A DNA stretch of 64,000 nucleotides, taken from Myxococcales bacterium. Lineage in GTDB: Bacteria; Myxococcota; Myxococcia; Myxococcales; JAKAPL01. The DNA is taken from positions 3,876 through 67,875 of the forward strand of contig JAKAPL010000011.1 in NCBI GenBank assembly GCA_021807105.1, read 5' to 3'. Numbering within the stretch: position 1 is the stretch's first letter; each line of letters begins with the position of its first letter. Of this stretch, positions 8,683 through 19,184 are shown piece after piece. Below the pieces are notes generated by a model. That model had not been told where the DNA came from. It searched no databases and worked only from the letters and a program-made list of their open reading frames with translations. The translations under genes and the position numbers were made by a program.

Positions 8683-9234
8683 TTGCTGACCCTCGTGCGA
8701 GTCCCGACCCTCCTCGCCCTCCTCGTCCTCGCGGCCTGCCCCATCCAGCCGGACAATTTCGGCGACGGCGGTCCGGATGGCGGGCCGTCCGACGGAGGCG
8801 TCGCGACCACCGACGCGGGTGCTCCGGCGAGCGGCAGCGTCTCCTGCCTAGTCGGCAGCGCGTACCAGACGCTGTCCGCTGCGTGGTCCGGGGCGGACCT
8901 CGCCGGGACAACGGGCAGCGGCTCCTCTGTGGGGATACAGGCGGTGAATGGCGCCTCCGGATCGCTGACCCTGACCTTCATCGGGCTCGTCCCCGGCTCG
9001 ACCGCCGGCTCGCTCGCCGCCGCGAGCTACCAGGCTCCCTCGGGCTTCATGCCGCAGGACAGTTGGTCGTGCTCGAGCGACTGCAGCGCCGTCTCGACGG
9101 CCTTCGCTTACGACGGCGCGCACGTCACCGGCTCGTTCTCGCAGCTCGACTTTCCGGCGGCGCAAAGCAGCACGGGCGCCGACCCGCTCTCCCTCACGAA
9201 CCTCTCCTTCGCGGTCACGCTGCCCAGCCCGTAG
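8683..9234 (+). CDS. Hypothetical lipoprotein
   Basis: N-terminus MLTLVRVPTLLALLVLAAC (lipobox LAAC; alternative GTG at 8695). The mature part is Gly/Ser/Asp-rich and then beta-rich. No family recognised. Confidence 0.6.
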   Translation: MLTLVRVPTLLALLVLAACPIQPDNFGDGGPDGGPSDGGVATTDAGAPASGSVSCLVGSAYQTLSAAWSGADLAGTTGSGSSVGIQAVNGASGSLTLTFIGLVPGSTAGSLAAASYQAPSGFMPQDSWSCSSDCSAVSTAFAYDGAHVTGSFSQLDFPAAQSSTGADPLSLTNLSFAVTLPSP

Positions 9235-9253
9235 GGCGGCCGAGCTGTCCGCG

Positions 9254-9280
9254 AGCCTCTCAGGTGAGGCCCAAGAGGCT
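9254..9280 (+). terminator. Hairpin 20 nt after the 8683..9234 stop codon (candidate terminator without a U-tract)
   Basis: AGCCTCT (9254-9260) pairs with AGAGGCT (9274-9280) across a 13-nt loop. No T-run follows. Confidence 0.25.
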
Positions 9281-9477
9281 GGTATCCAACGAACACAATT
9301 GGAAGCCCCTTGGAACCTGCAATTCGCCTCTCCAGACTGGGGGGGGCGAATGCCTTCCCCGTAACCGTTCATAGCTCGGAAAGGCAATGCCCATCAGGAA
9401 GCCAGGAGACTTGGATGGTCCGCATCTATTCCGGGCTTCATGGCTACCTGATTCGCTCTCCGCTCCCCGACAGTCTC

Positions 9478-10311
9478 CTAGAACGTTCCCGTCGCCGCGA
9501 GGCCCGTGCCCGCGAGAGACGGGCCGAGCGTGACCGCCGACTTCTCCGGACGCGAGACGAGAAAGAGCGCCGCCGCCGAGATGGCGCTCGCCCCGCCGGC
9601 GATCCAGAGCGCGTTGGCGGCGATGCCGAAGGTCTGCGCTCCCGACATGCTCGCGGAGAGCCCCGGCGCCGCGGCCGGAGTGACCGGCCAACTCGTCCGC
9701 GCCGCCGCGTCGGAATCGAGCCGCGCCGCGATTCCCGCCGCGGTGCCGAGCGCGACGAGGCCGGCGGCGGCCCAGGTGCAGATCCAGGCCCATCGGCGCG
9801 CCGGCTTCACGGGCCGCGCCGCCTCCTCGCGGACCACGACGACCGGCCCTTCGTCGCGCAGGAAGCCGGGATCCACGGTCGCGGCGACCCGGTCGACCTC
9901 CTCCGGGGCCTTGCTGCCGGCGGGGACGAGGGGAACGACCGTCAGCTCGGGGAGCTGGGGCGCCTTCGCTTCCGGCGCCTTCCCCTGCCGGCGCTCCATC
10001 GCGGCGATCAGCGCCTCGACCGTCCGCCGGTTCTTCGCCCTGGGCGCGCGGGCGAGGTAGCGCCGGTAAAGGAACTCCGCCTTGTTCCATTGGCGCAGCG
10101 CGCGCTGGCACTGGGCCATATTGAAGAGGAAGGCGGGGATGGGGTCCACGTCGTAGGCCGCCGCGGCGTCGACGTATGCCTCGTCGAGCTTGCCTTCGTC
10201 GTACTCCCGGAGCGAGCGGCGGGTCAGCTCCTTGGCCTTGTGGAGCGCGGCTGGGGTCACCCCGGTTCCAGCGGAGAGCAAGAGCGAAACCGAGACGACC
10301 GCGGCGACCAT
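9478..10311 (-). CDS. Secreted, membrane-anchored TPR-like protein
   Basis: Signal peptide MVAAVVSVSLLLSAG. A helical TPR-like segment (...AYDVDPIPAFLFNMAQCQRALRQWNKAEFLYRRYL...) is followed by a Pro/Ala/Lys linker and two hydrophobic helices near the C-terminus. Confidence 0.6.
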   Translation of the reverse strand: MVAAVVSVSLLLSAGTGVTPAALHKAKELTRRSLREYDEGKLDEAYVDAAAAYDVDPIPAFLFNMAQCQRALRQWNKAEFLYRRYLARAPRAKNRRTVEALIAAMERRQGKAPEAKAPQLPELTVVPLVPAGSKAPEEVDRVAATVDPGFLRDEGPVVVVREEAARPVKPARRWAWICTWAAAGLVALGTAAGIAARLDSDAAARTSWPVTPAAAPGLSASMSGAQTFGIAANALWIAGGASAISAAALFLVSRPEKSAVTLGPSLAGTGLAATGTF

Positions 10312-10423
10312 GGGATCGGTGTACCCGGGCCCGACTGCGCGGTCAAGAATTTGGACCTTGGGACGCCCCCGCCTCTGCCGGCGTTGACCCGTCCAGCAGC
10401 GATGGCTAGAAGCGTGGGCCTAG

Positions 10424-11794
10424 ATGAGTTTTCTCTCCGCAATCGTGCTCGCCGCGGGCAAGGGGACCCGGATGAAGAGCGATCGGCCCAAGGTCCTGCA
10501 CGAGCTGGCCGGCCGCCCACTCCTCTATTATCCGATCGCCCTCGCGCTCGAGCTCTCCTGCGACCCCGTCGCGATCGTGCTCGGCCACCGCGCGGCGGAG
10601 GTCCGCGCGGCGATGGAGGCGCTCTTCCCCACCGCGGGCGGGAGGCTGCGGTTTCCGGTCCAGGAGGAGCAGAAGGGAACCGCGCACGCCGTGCTCGCCG
10701 CCCGCGAGGCGCTCGACGATTTCGCGGGCGAGGTGCTGGTGCTCTACGGCGACGTGCCCCTGCTCGGCCGGCCGACGATCGATCGACTCCTCGCGGCGCC
10801 CGCTGGCCGGATCGCGTTCCTCACGTCGCGGCCGCCCGATCCGACAGGCTACGGGCGGGTCGTGCGCGAGGCCGACGGCCGGGTCGCGCGGATCGTCGAG
10901 GAGCGCGATTGCGGGCCGGCCGAGAGGATGCTCGGCGAGGTCAACGCGGGGATCTACCGCGTCCCGGCCGCCTTCCTCTGGGACGCGCTCGACCGGATCG
11001 GCTCCGCGAACGCGCAGTCCGAGTTCTACCTCACGGATCTCGTCGCCCTGGCCGCCGGGCAGGGCGTGACGGCCGTCGCCGCGCCCTTCGAGGAGGTCGC
11101 GGGGGTCAACGACCGCGCGGACCTCGCCGTCGCGGCGGCGCGCCTGCGCGCGCGGATCAACCACGCGCACCAGCTCGCGGGGGTGACGATCGCGGCCCCC
11201 GAGGGGACGTTCATCGACGCGGGCGTGCGGCTGGGCCGGGACGTGACGATCGAGCCCGGCTGCGTGCTCGCGGGCGACACGATCGTCGAGGACGGCGCGC
11301 GGATCCGCGCTTACTCGGTCCTAGAGGACGCCCGGGTGGGCCCCGGGGCGATCGTCGGCCCGTTCGCGCGCCTTCGCCCCGGCGCGGTCCTGGAGGCGGA
11401 CGTCCACGTGGGGAACTTCGTCGAGGTGAAGAACTCCCGGCTGGGACGCGGCACCAAGGCGAACCACCTCACGTACCTGGGCGACGCGGAGATCGGTCCA
11501 GGGGTCAACGTCGGGGCCGGGACGATCACCTGCAACTACGACGGCGTGAACAAGCTGAAGACGGTCATCGGCGAGGGGGCCTTCATCGGCAGCGACAGCC
11601 AACTCGTCGCGCCGGTCGAGGTCGGGGCGCGGGCCTACGTCGGGGCGGGCAGCACCGTCACCGAGGACGTGCCCGCGGACGCGCTCGCCCTGACCCGCGC
11701 CCCGCAGCAGACCGTCGAGGGCTGGGCCGCGCGCCGCCGGGAGAAACAGGCCGCGGCAGGCGGCAAGCCACCCAAGCAGAGGCTGAAGAGGTGA
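10424..11794 (+). CDS. glmU: Bifunctional UDP-GlcNAc pyrophosphorylase / GlcN-1-P acetyltransferase
   Basis: MSFLSAIVLAAGKGTRMKS nucleotidyltransferase motif, plus C-terminal hexapeptide-repeat left-handed helix (...IGPGVNVGAGTITCNYDG...). 456 aa. Confidence 0.9.
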   Translation: MSFLSAIVLAAGKGTRMKSDRPKVLHELAGRPLLYYPIALALELSCDPVAIVLGHRAAEVRAAMEALFPTAGGRLRFPVQEEQKGTAHAVLAAREALDDFAGEVLVLYGDVPLLGRPTIDRLLAAPAGRIAFLTSRPPDPTGYGRVVREADGRVARIVEERDCGPAERMLGEVNAGIYRVPAAFLWDALDRIGSANAQSEFYLTDLVALAAGQGVTAVAAPFEEVAGVNDRADLAVAAARLRARINHAHQLAGVTIAAPEGTFIDAGVRLGRDVTIEPGCVLAGDTIVEDGARIRAYSVLEDARVGPGAIVGPFARLRPGAVLEADVHVGNFVEVKNSRLGRGTKANHLTYLGDAEIGPGVNVGAGTITCNYDGVNKLKTVIGEGAFIGSDSQLVAPVEVGARAYVGAGSTVTEDVPADALALTRAPQQTVEGWAARRREKQAAAGGKPPKQRLKR

Positions 11795-11826
11795 GCCCTA
11801 GGAATCCCCGCGGGGCTGTATAGACT

Positions 11827-11841
11827 CCTCCTTTTCGGAGG
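11827..11841 (+). promoter_or_regulatory. Hairpin pairing the glmS Shine-Dalgarno sequence with an upstream anti-SD
   Basis: CCTCC (11827-31), TTTTC loop, GGAGG (11837-41). The GGAGG lies 7 nt upstream of the glmS ATG at 11849. Confidence 0.35.
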
Positions 11842-11848
11842 CCACGCC

Positions 11849-13681
<1,833 letters not shown>

Positions 13682-13684
13682 CCG

Positions 13685-14332
13685 GTGGAGGAGACGCTGC
13701 CGCCGGTGGCGCCGGGCGCGGGCGCCGCGCTGCTGGCGCGCGATTCCTGGCGCGTCTTCGTCGCGCTCGAGCTGACCGGGGAGGCGCGCGCTTCGGTCGC
13801 GGCCCTCCTCGCCGGGCTGCAGAAGGACCCCATCTGCCGCCGTGCCCACGTCCGCTGGACGGCGCCCGGCAACGTCCACCTGACCCTCAAGTTCGTCGAG
13901 CGGCTCCCTGTCGATCAGCTCCCCGCGGTGCAGGCCGCGCTCGGCGGGGTCGCCGCCGCCCGCCGCCCCTTCGACCTCGCCCTGTCGGCAGGCGGGTGGT
14001 TCGAACACCACGGCGCGCCCGGGATCCTCTGGATCGGCGTGCGCGGCGACGTGGACGCGCTCGCGGAGCTCACCGCCGGCATCGAGCGCGCGCTCGCCCC
14101 GCTCGGCCTCCCTGCCGAGGAGCGCGCCTTCCGCCCGCACGTGACCGTCGGCCGCGCCGGCGACCCGCGCGACGCCGTGGAAGCGGCGCGGGCCTTCGTC
14201 GCCGCCGCCGCCCCGGTCATCGGCGGCCCCGTCGCCACCGATTCGATCGTCCTCTTCCGGAGCGAGACCCGGCCCCAGGGCGCCGTCCATACCCCCGTCT
14301 GGCGGGCGCGGCTCGGCGCTGCCCTGCGGTAG
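13685..14332 (+). CDS. thpR: RNA 2',3'-cyclic phosphodiesterase (2H phosphoesterase, LigT/ThpR)
   Basis: Two H-x-T-x motifs (VHLTLKF and PHVTVGR) at the expected spacing. GTG start 3 nt after the glmS stop. Confidence 0.8.
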   Translation: MEETLPPVAPGAGAALLARDSWRVFVALELTGEARASVAALLAGLQKDPICRRAHVRWTAPGNVHLTLKFVERLPVDQLPAVQAALGGVAAARRPFDLALSAGGWFEHHGAPGILWIGVRGDVDALAELTAGIERALAPLGLPAEERAFRPHVTVGRAGDPRDAVEAARAFVAAAAPVIGGPVATDSIVLFRSETRPQGAVHTPVWRARLGAALR

Positions 14333-14506
14333 GGCCGCGGCGAAGACGGCTTCTGGAGTTAGGGAGCCCCACGCCCTTCGCCGCCTCCGTGAGCCCCCGT
14401 CTTGCTCGCGAAGCCGGGAGGCTCCACGTACTGGGCGCCCTCACGGGTTCGGCCCAAGACAACCTCGGCTCAGCCTCCGACCGGACGCGGTAAAGTGACC
14501 GTCCGC

Positions 14507-15790
14507 ATGACCTCCGCCCTCCTCCTCGCGCTCCTCGCGCAGCTCTCGCCGCCCGCACTGCCGAGCCCGCTCACGCTCGCCCGGGCGGAGGAGATCTTCC
14601 TCGCCCACGGGCTCGATCGGCTCGTCGCCGAGGCGCAGGTGAACGCCGTGGAGGGCGAGCTGCTGGCGGCCGGCGCGCACCCGAACCCGGGCGCGAACGT
14701 GGGCGTGCTCTACAGCCTCCCCGAAGCCTTCCCGGGCAACCCAGCGAGCAACTCCCCCGCCGTCTGGGGCTGGACCGCGGGGCTCACCGACAACGCGGCC
14801 ATCGAAGACGAGCTTTCCGGGAAGCGTTCGCTGCGCATCGAGGCCGCCGCGCACGCGCTCGCGGCGGCGAAGCTCTCGGCCGCGGACCTGGAGCGGATCG
14901 AGCTGTCGCAGCTCCGGCAGCAATTTGCCCAGGCGCTCGTCGCGGGCGACGATCTCGCGTTCGCGAGGGAGGTGGAGGCGAGCTACGCGAAGACCTACGA
15001 GCTGAACCGCGTCCGCTGGCAGAAGGGGGATATCAGCGCGGCCGACCTCGCCAAGATCGCGACCGCGAAGCTCGAAGCCGACCAGGCGGTCACGCAGGCG
15101 GAGAGCGGCCTCCGGGTCGCGCGGGCGGCGCTCGCGTTCCTGCTCGGCGTGCGGGGCCGGGTCGCGACCTTCGCGCTGGCGGGCGACCTCGCCTTCCGGC
15201 CACTCCCCGCGCTCGCCGGCAAGACGCCCGACGATCTCGTCGCGCTCGGACTCGACCGGCGCCCCGACTACCGGGCCGCGCAGGCGGCGCGCAGGGCGCG
15301 CGAGGCGCGGCTCGCCGAGGCGAGGCGCGGGATCCTGCCCGACCTCGCGCTGAACGCGACCTGGCTCACGCAGGCCACCGCCGCTTACGTGGTGACGCCG
15401 CCCTCGCTGGAGCTGGGGATCTCGGGGAACCTCCCCGTGCTCTACCAGCAGCAGGGCGAGATCCGGCGCGCCGAAGGGCGCCTCGCGGCAGCCGAAGCCG
15501 CGGAGGCCAAGGTGGGCGCGCGCGTCGTCGCCGACGTCGCGGCGGCGTGGGCGGGCTTCACGGCCGCCCGCGAGCTGGTCCTGCGGATGGAGGGGCAGGA
15601 GCTGTCGCAGGCGAAGCTCTCGCGCGACCTCGAGGAGCTGATGTACGAGAAGGGCGCCGCGTCGCTCCTCGACTACCTCGACGCCGAGCGGACGTTCATC
15701 GCCGTCAACCTCGAGTACCACCAGGAGCTGGCCGCTTACTGGGACGCGGTCTACCAGCTCGAGCAGGCGACCGCGGCGAAGCTGCGCTGA
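14507..15790 (+). CDS. TolC-family outer membrane efflux protein
   Basis: ATG at 14507 gives the signal peptide MTSALLLALLAQLSPPALP. Two-fold repeated coiled-coil/OEP architecture (...RPDYRAAQAARRAREARLAEARRGILPDLALNA...). No MFP, RND or ABC partner lies next to it. Confidence 0.75.
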   Translation: MTSALLLALLAQLSPPALPSPLTLARAEEIFLAHGLDRLVAEAQVNAVEGELLAAGAHPNPGANVGVLYSLPEAFPGNPASNSPAVWGWTAGLTDNAAIEDELSGKRSLRIEAAAHALAAAKLSAADLERIELSQLRQQFAQALVAGDDLAFAREVEASYAKTYELNRVRWQKGDISAADLAKIATAKLEADQAVTQAESGLRVARAALAFLLGVRGRVATFALAGDLAFRPLPALAGKTPDDLVALGLDRRPDYRAAQAARRAREARLAEARRGILPDLALNATWLTQATAAYVVTPPSLELGISGNLPVLYQQQGEIRRAEGRLAAAEAAEAKVGARVVADVAAAWAGFTAARELVLRMEGQELSQAKLSRDLEELMYEKGAASLLDYLDAERTFIAVNLEYHQELAAYWDAVYQLEQATAAKLR

Positions 15791-17677
15791 TCACGCCTTC
15801 GCACGGTAGGCGTTCGTCCAGACCTGCAGGGCGAGCAGCGCCCAGAGGTGGAGGGTCCGGTCGCGCCTGCCCTGCCGGTGCTCTTCGACGAGGCTGCGAA
15901 CCGCACCGGGCGAAAACCAGCCCTGGGCGCGCAGGCGCCGCTCGTCGAGGAGGTCCTCCAGCATCGGCCGCAGCGGGCCGTTGAGCCAGATGCCCACCGG
16001 CGGGTTGAACCCGAGCTTGCGCCGCCGGCGGACCGCCGGGGGCAGGAGGTCCGCGACCGCCTCCCGGAGGAGGGACTTGGTCTGCAGCCGCGGCATCTTC
16101 TGCGAGGCGGGCACCGAGGCGAGCAGCTCCACGACCCGGTGGTCGCAGAACGGGACGCGGACCTCGAGGGCGTGGGCCATGCTCATCCGGTCGGAGTAGG
16201 CGAGGAGGTTCCCGGGGAGGAAGGTCCCGAGGTCGATGGCCTGACAGCGGTCGACGAGCCCGCGGCCGCCGGCGGGATCGAGCTGGCGGTCGAGGTGCCA
16301 GAAGGCCTGCCTGCCGGACGTAGCCGCGATCACGTCCCCCGCGAGGAGCGACCGCTGCTCTTCTTCGGAGAAGTACGTCACCCAGCCCGCGTACATCGCG
16401 TCCGCCGGCGCGAGGCTCCCCGAGAGGAACTCGCGTGCCCGGCGCAGCGAGTGGCGTCCCCGCGTCGATTCGGGGATCCACGGCACGACCCGCTCCGCGA
16501 GGAACGCGCGCAAGGGACGCGGGACGCGCCGCCAGCTCTCCGAGAGCGCCGCGCCCTGATAGCGGGGATAGCCGAGGAAGGTCTCGTCGCCCCCGTCGCC
16601 GGCCAGGGCCACGGTGACGTGCTCGCGGGTCTTCTGCGACAGCAGGTAGACGAGCAGGGAGGTCGGGTTCCCGAACGGCTCGTCGAAGTGGCGGACGGCC
16701 TTCGGCAGCAGCTCAGCGAGGTCCGGCCGGACCGGGATCTCGGTGTGGTCCGTCCCGTACCGCTCCGCGACGACGCGGGCGTACTCCCGCTCGTCGTAGA
16801 GGCCGGCGCCGGGCTCGAACGTCATGCAGAAGGTCTTCACCGGCCGCGCGCTCGCCCGGGCGGCCAGGGCGACCAGCGTGGTCGAGTCCAGCCCGCCGGA
16901 GAGGAAGGCGCCGAGCGGGACGTCCGAGATCAGGTGCAGGCGGACGGTCTCCGTGAGCAGCGCCCGCAACTCGGCGACCAGCTCGGCGCGCGGGCGGGCG
17001 CGGCCCGGTGTGGGCAGCCGCCACCAGCGATCGATCCTCGCCCGACCCGCCTCGAGGACGAGGGAGTGGCCCGGCGGGAGCTGCGAGACGCCCTGGAAGA
17101 TCGAGCGGGGCCAGGGGACGTACAGGTACGTCAGGTAGTCGCGCAGCGAGTGGAGGTCGACGTCGGGCCGCCGGGGGAGCATCGCGAGGAGGCCCTTGGG
17201 TTCGGAGGCGAAGCAGAGCGCCTCGGGCGACTCCTGGAAATAGAGCGGCTTGATGCCCATGCGATCCCGCGCGAGCAGCAGGCGGCCCGCCGGTCCGTCC
17301 TGCAAGGCGAAGGCGAACATCCCCCGCAGGCGAGGCAGGACGCCCACCCCCCATTGCCGGTAGCCCGCCAGGATGACCTCGGTGTCCGTCTGCGTCCGGA
17401 AGGGGTGGCCGAGGCCGGCCAGCTCCGCCCGTAGCTCGCGGAAGTTGTAGATCTCGCCGTTGAAGACGATCCGGAGCGAACCGTCCTCGGTCTCCATCGG
17501 CTGGCGTCCGGCCGGAGAGAGATCGAGAATCGAGAGACGGGCGTGGGCCAGCCCCGCGGGCCTCCCCCCGAGCGTTCCCTCCCAGAGTCCCTGGTCGTCC
17601 GGCCCGCGGTGGCGCAAAGTCTCCAGAGCGCGCGCCAGGTCAGGCCGCCCCCCGACGTAGCCTACGATTCCACACAT
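15791..17677 (-). CDS. asnB: Asparagine synthase (glutamine-hydrolysing)
   Basis: MCGIVGYVG with catalytic Cys2, and FLSGGLDST PP-loop motif. 628 aa. Its stop abuts the tolC-like stop (convergent). Confidence 0.85.
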   Translation of the reverse strand: MCGIVGYVGGRPDLARALETLRHRGPDDQGLWEGTLGGRPAGLAHARLSILDLSPAGRQPMETEDGSLRIVFNGEIYNFRELRAELAGLGHPFRTQTDTEVILAGYRQWGVGVLPRLRGMFAFALQDGPAGRLLLARDRMGIKPLYFQESPEALCFASEPKGLLAMLPRRPDVDLHSLRDYLTYLYVPWPRSIFQGVSQLPPGHSLVLEAGRARIDRWWRLPTPGRARPRAELVAELRALLTETVRLHLISDVPLGAFLSGGLDSTTLVALAARASARPVKTFCMTFEPGAGLYDEREYARVVAERYGTDHTEIPVRPDLAELLPKAVRHFDEPFGNPTSLLVYLLSQKTREHVTVALAGDGGDETFLGYPRYQGAALSESWRRVPRPLRAFLAERVVPWIPESTRGRHSLRRAREFLSGSLAPADAMYAGWVTYFSEEEQRSLLAGDVIAATSGRQAFWHLDRQLDPAGGRGLVDRCQAIDLGTFLPGNLLAYSDRMSMAHALEVRVPFCDHRVVELLASVPASQKMPRLQTKSLLREAVADLLPPAVRRRRKLGFNPPVGIWLNGPLRPMLEDLLDERRLRAQGWFSPGAVRSLVEEHRQGRRDRTLHLWALLALQVWTNAYRAKA

Positions 17678-17829
17678 GGGCGCATTCTATATCCCAACCC
17701 CAGCGCTCCTGCCGCTCGCGGCATGTCGTGACGCCGGACGCCCGTCGTCTTCTCGGACTACCCGATGCCGCAGACTCCCCCGGCGATCGGCCCCTTACGC
17801 CCGGCACGGCGGCTGCATTCCCTCGCCGC

Positions 17830-18819
17830 ATGCGCACGTCATTCACCGCCTCGCTCCTCGCCCTCGCCGCGTGCGGCGGGAGCGCTCCCGCTTACCTCGT
17901 CTACGTGCGCGACGCGCAGGGGACGGTGATCGCCGCCGTCGACGACCGGGGCGGCCCGGTCTGGCAGACTCACGACGACGCCTACGGCCTGCGGCTCGCG
18001 TCGAGCGGATCGCCGATCCCGCGCGAATTCCTCGACCGGCCGTTCGACGAAGAGACGGGCTTCTACCCGTTCGCCTTCCGGACCTACGACCCGGCGGCGG
18101 CGCAGTGGCTCACGCCCGACCCGGCGCTCACGACCCACCCCGGGAAGTGCGCTCGCGACCCACAGCTCTGCAACCCCTATGCTTACGCCGGCGGGCGGCC
18201 GGAGGAGTGGCCCGATCCCGACGGCCGCTGGATCGATCCCGCCGTGCCGATCGACGGCATGCTCGTCGTGGGGATCACCGCGGCGTTCATCGGCTCCGCC
18301 GCCGACGCGGCGAGGGCCATGAGCCTCTTCCAGCGCGCGGTCGCCGAGGCGAACACTACGTGGGGCCGGCCGATCGTGATCCGATCCGGAACCTACGCGA
18401 GGAGCGCCGACGCCCCGAGGTCTTACACCCGCTTCCTCTGTGAGTTCGGCGAGCCAGGCCCCTCCTCCTTCGACCCGCGGACCGGCGAGATCCACCTCCG
18501 CGCCGATTTCGCCGCCGGCAACTTCCAGATCGCCCTCCACGAGAGCGGCCACGGAGGCGGCGCCAGGGACGGCTACTTCGCGTTCCAGCTTCACGGGGCC
18601 CGCGTCACCATCCCGCTGCCGGACCGGGAGGACGACGTGATGGCCGAGATCGACCCGACCCAGGCGGAGACCTTCTCCCCCGAGGCGCTGGGCGAGATGG
18701 AGGACGCCAAGGAGGCGGGGACCAACAACCAGGGGCTCACGCCGCCGACCTGGGACGAGTGGCTCCCCGGCGCGCCGCTCCCCGTCGCCAACGATCCGGG
18801 CCCGTTTGAAGACCTCTAG
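17830..18819 (+). CDS. Lipoprotein made of an RHS-repeat-associated core domain plus a C-terminal HExxH (putative metallopeptidase/toxin) domain
   Basis: ATG 17830 gives MRTSFTASLLALAACGGS (lipobox). Directly after it, YLVYVRDAQGTVIAAVDDRGGPVWQTHDDAYG...FLDRPFDEETGFYPFAFRTYDPAAAQWLTPDP...NPYAYAGGRPEEWPDPDGRW matches the RHS-associated core consensus. The C-terminal ~190 aa contains ALHESGHGG. Confidence 0.75.
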   Translation: MRTSFTASLLALAACGGSAPAYLVYVRDAQGTVIAAVDDRGGPVWQTHDDAYGLRLASSGSPIPREFLDRPFDEETGFYPFAFRTYDPAAAQWLTPDPALTTHPGKCARDPQLCNPYAYAGGRPEEWPDPDGRWIDPAVPIDGMLVVGITAAFIGSAADAARAMSLFQRAVAEANTTWGRPIVIRSGTYARSADAPRSYTRFLCEFGEPGPSSFDPRTGEIHLRADFAAGNFQIALHESGHGGGARDGYFAFQLHGARVTIPLPDREDDVMAEIDPTQAETFSPEALGEMEDAKEAGTNNQGLTPPTWDEWLPGAPLPVANDPGPFEDL

Positions 18820-19184
18820 CGCATCACCGCGAGCGCCATCAGGAGCCAGCCGGCCAGGAGGGCGACGCCGCCCACGGGCGTGATCGCGCCCAGCGAGCGG
18901 GCTCCCGTGAGGGCGAGCGCGTAGAGGCTGCCGGAGAAGAGCAGCGTCCCGCCGGCGAAGAGCCAGCCGGACCACGCCCAGAGCGGCGACGGCGCGGGCC
19001 GGTCCTGCGCGAGCCCAACGGCGAGCAGCGCGAGCGCGTGGTACATCTGGTAGCGCGCGCCGGTCTCGAAGATCGCGAGCAGATCGGCGGGCAGCCGGGC
19101 GCGCAGCGCGTGGGCTCCGAACGCCCCCGCGGCGACCGCCACGAACCCGGACGCCGCCCCCAGCGCGAAGAACGGCGCGGCCAA
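18816..19184 (-). CDS. DUF423 (YgdD/TMEM256-like) small membrane protein
   Basis: 122 aa with four hydrophobic helices. ...VAAGAFGAHAL...ARYQMYHALALL... is typical of DUF423. TTG start directly after the frr stop. Confidence 0.75.
   Translation of the reverse strand: MAAPFFALGAASGFVAVAAGAFGAHALRARLPADLLAIFETGARYQMYHALALLAVGLAQDRPAPSPLWAWSGWLFAGGTLLFSGSLYALALTGARSLGAITPVGGVALLAGWLLMALAVMR

Noticed and set aside
10384-10412. Sigma70-like promoter TTGACC-N17-TAGAAG upstream of glmU
   Set aside because: The -10 match is 4 of 6. It would leave a ~5-nt leader with no RBS, and a pattern match alone in GC-rich DNA is not enough to report it as a feature.
11795-11848. glmS ribozyme upstream of glmS
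   Set aside because: The spacer is only 54 nt, which is too short for the ribozyme core (well over 100 nt), and lacks its conserved segments. Only a simple SD-masking hairpin is present.
15791-17677. Asparagine-synthase homolog as a lasso-peptide cyclase or other RiPP enzyme
   Set aside because: It retains the catalytic N-terminal Cys2 glutaminase domain of true AsnB. No precursor peptide, protease/RRE or ABC exporter genes are adjacent.
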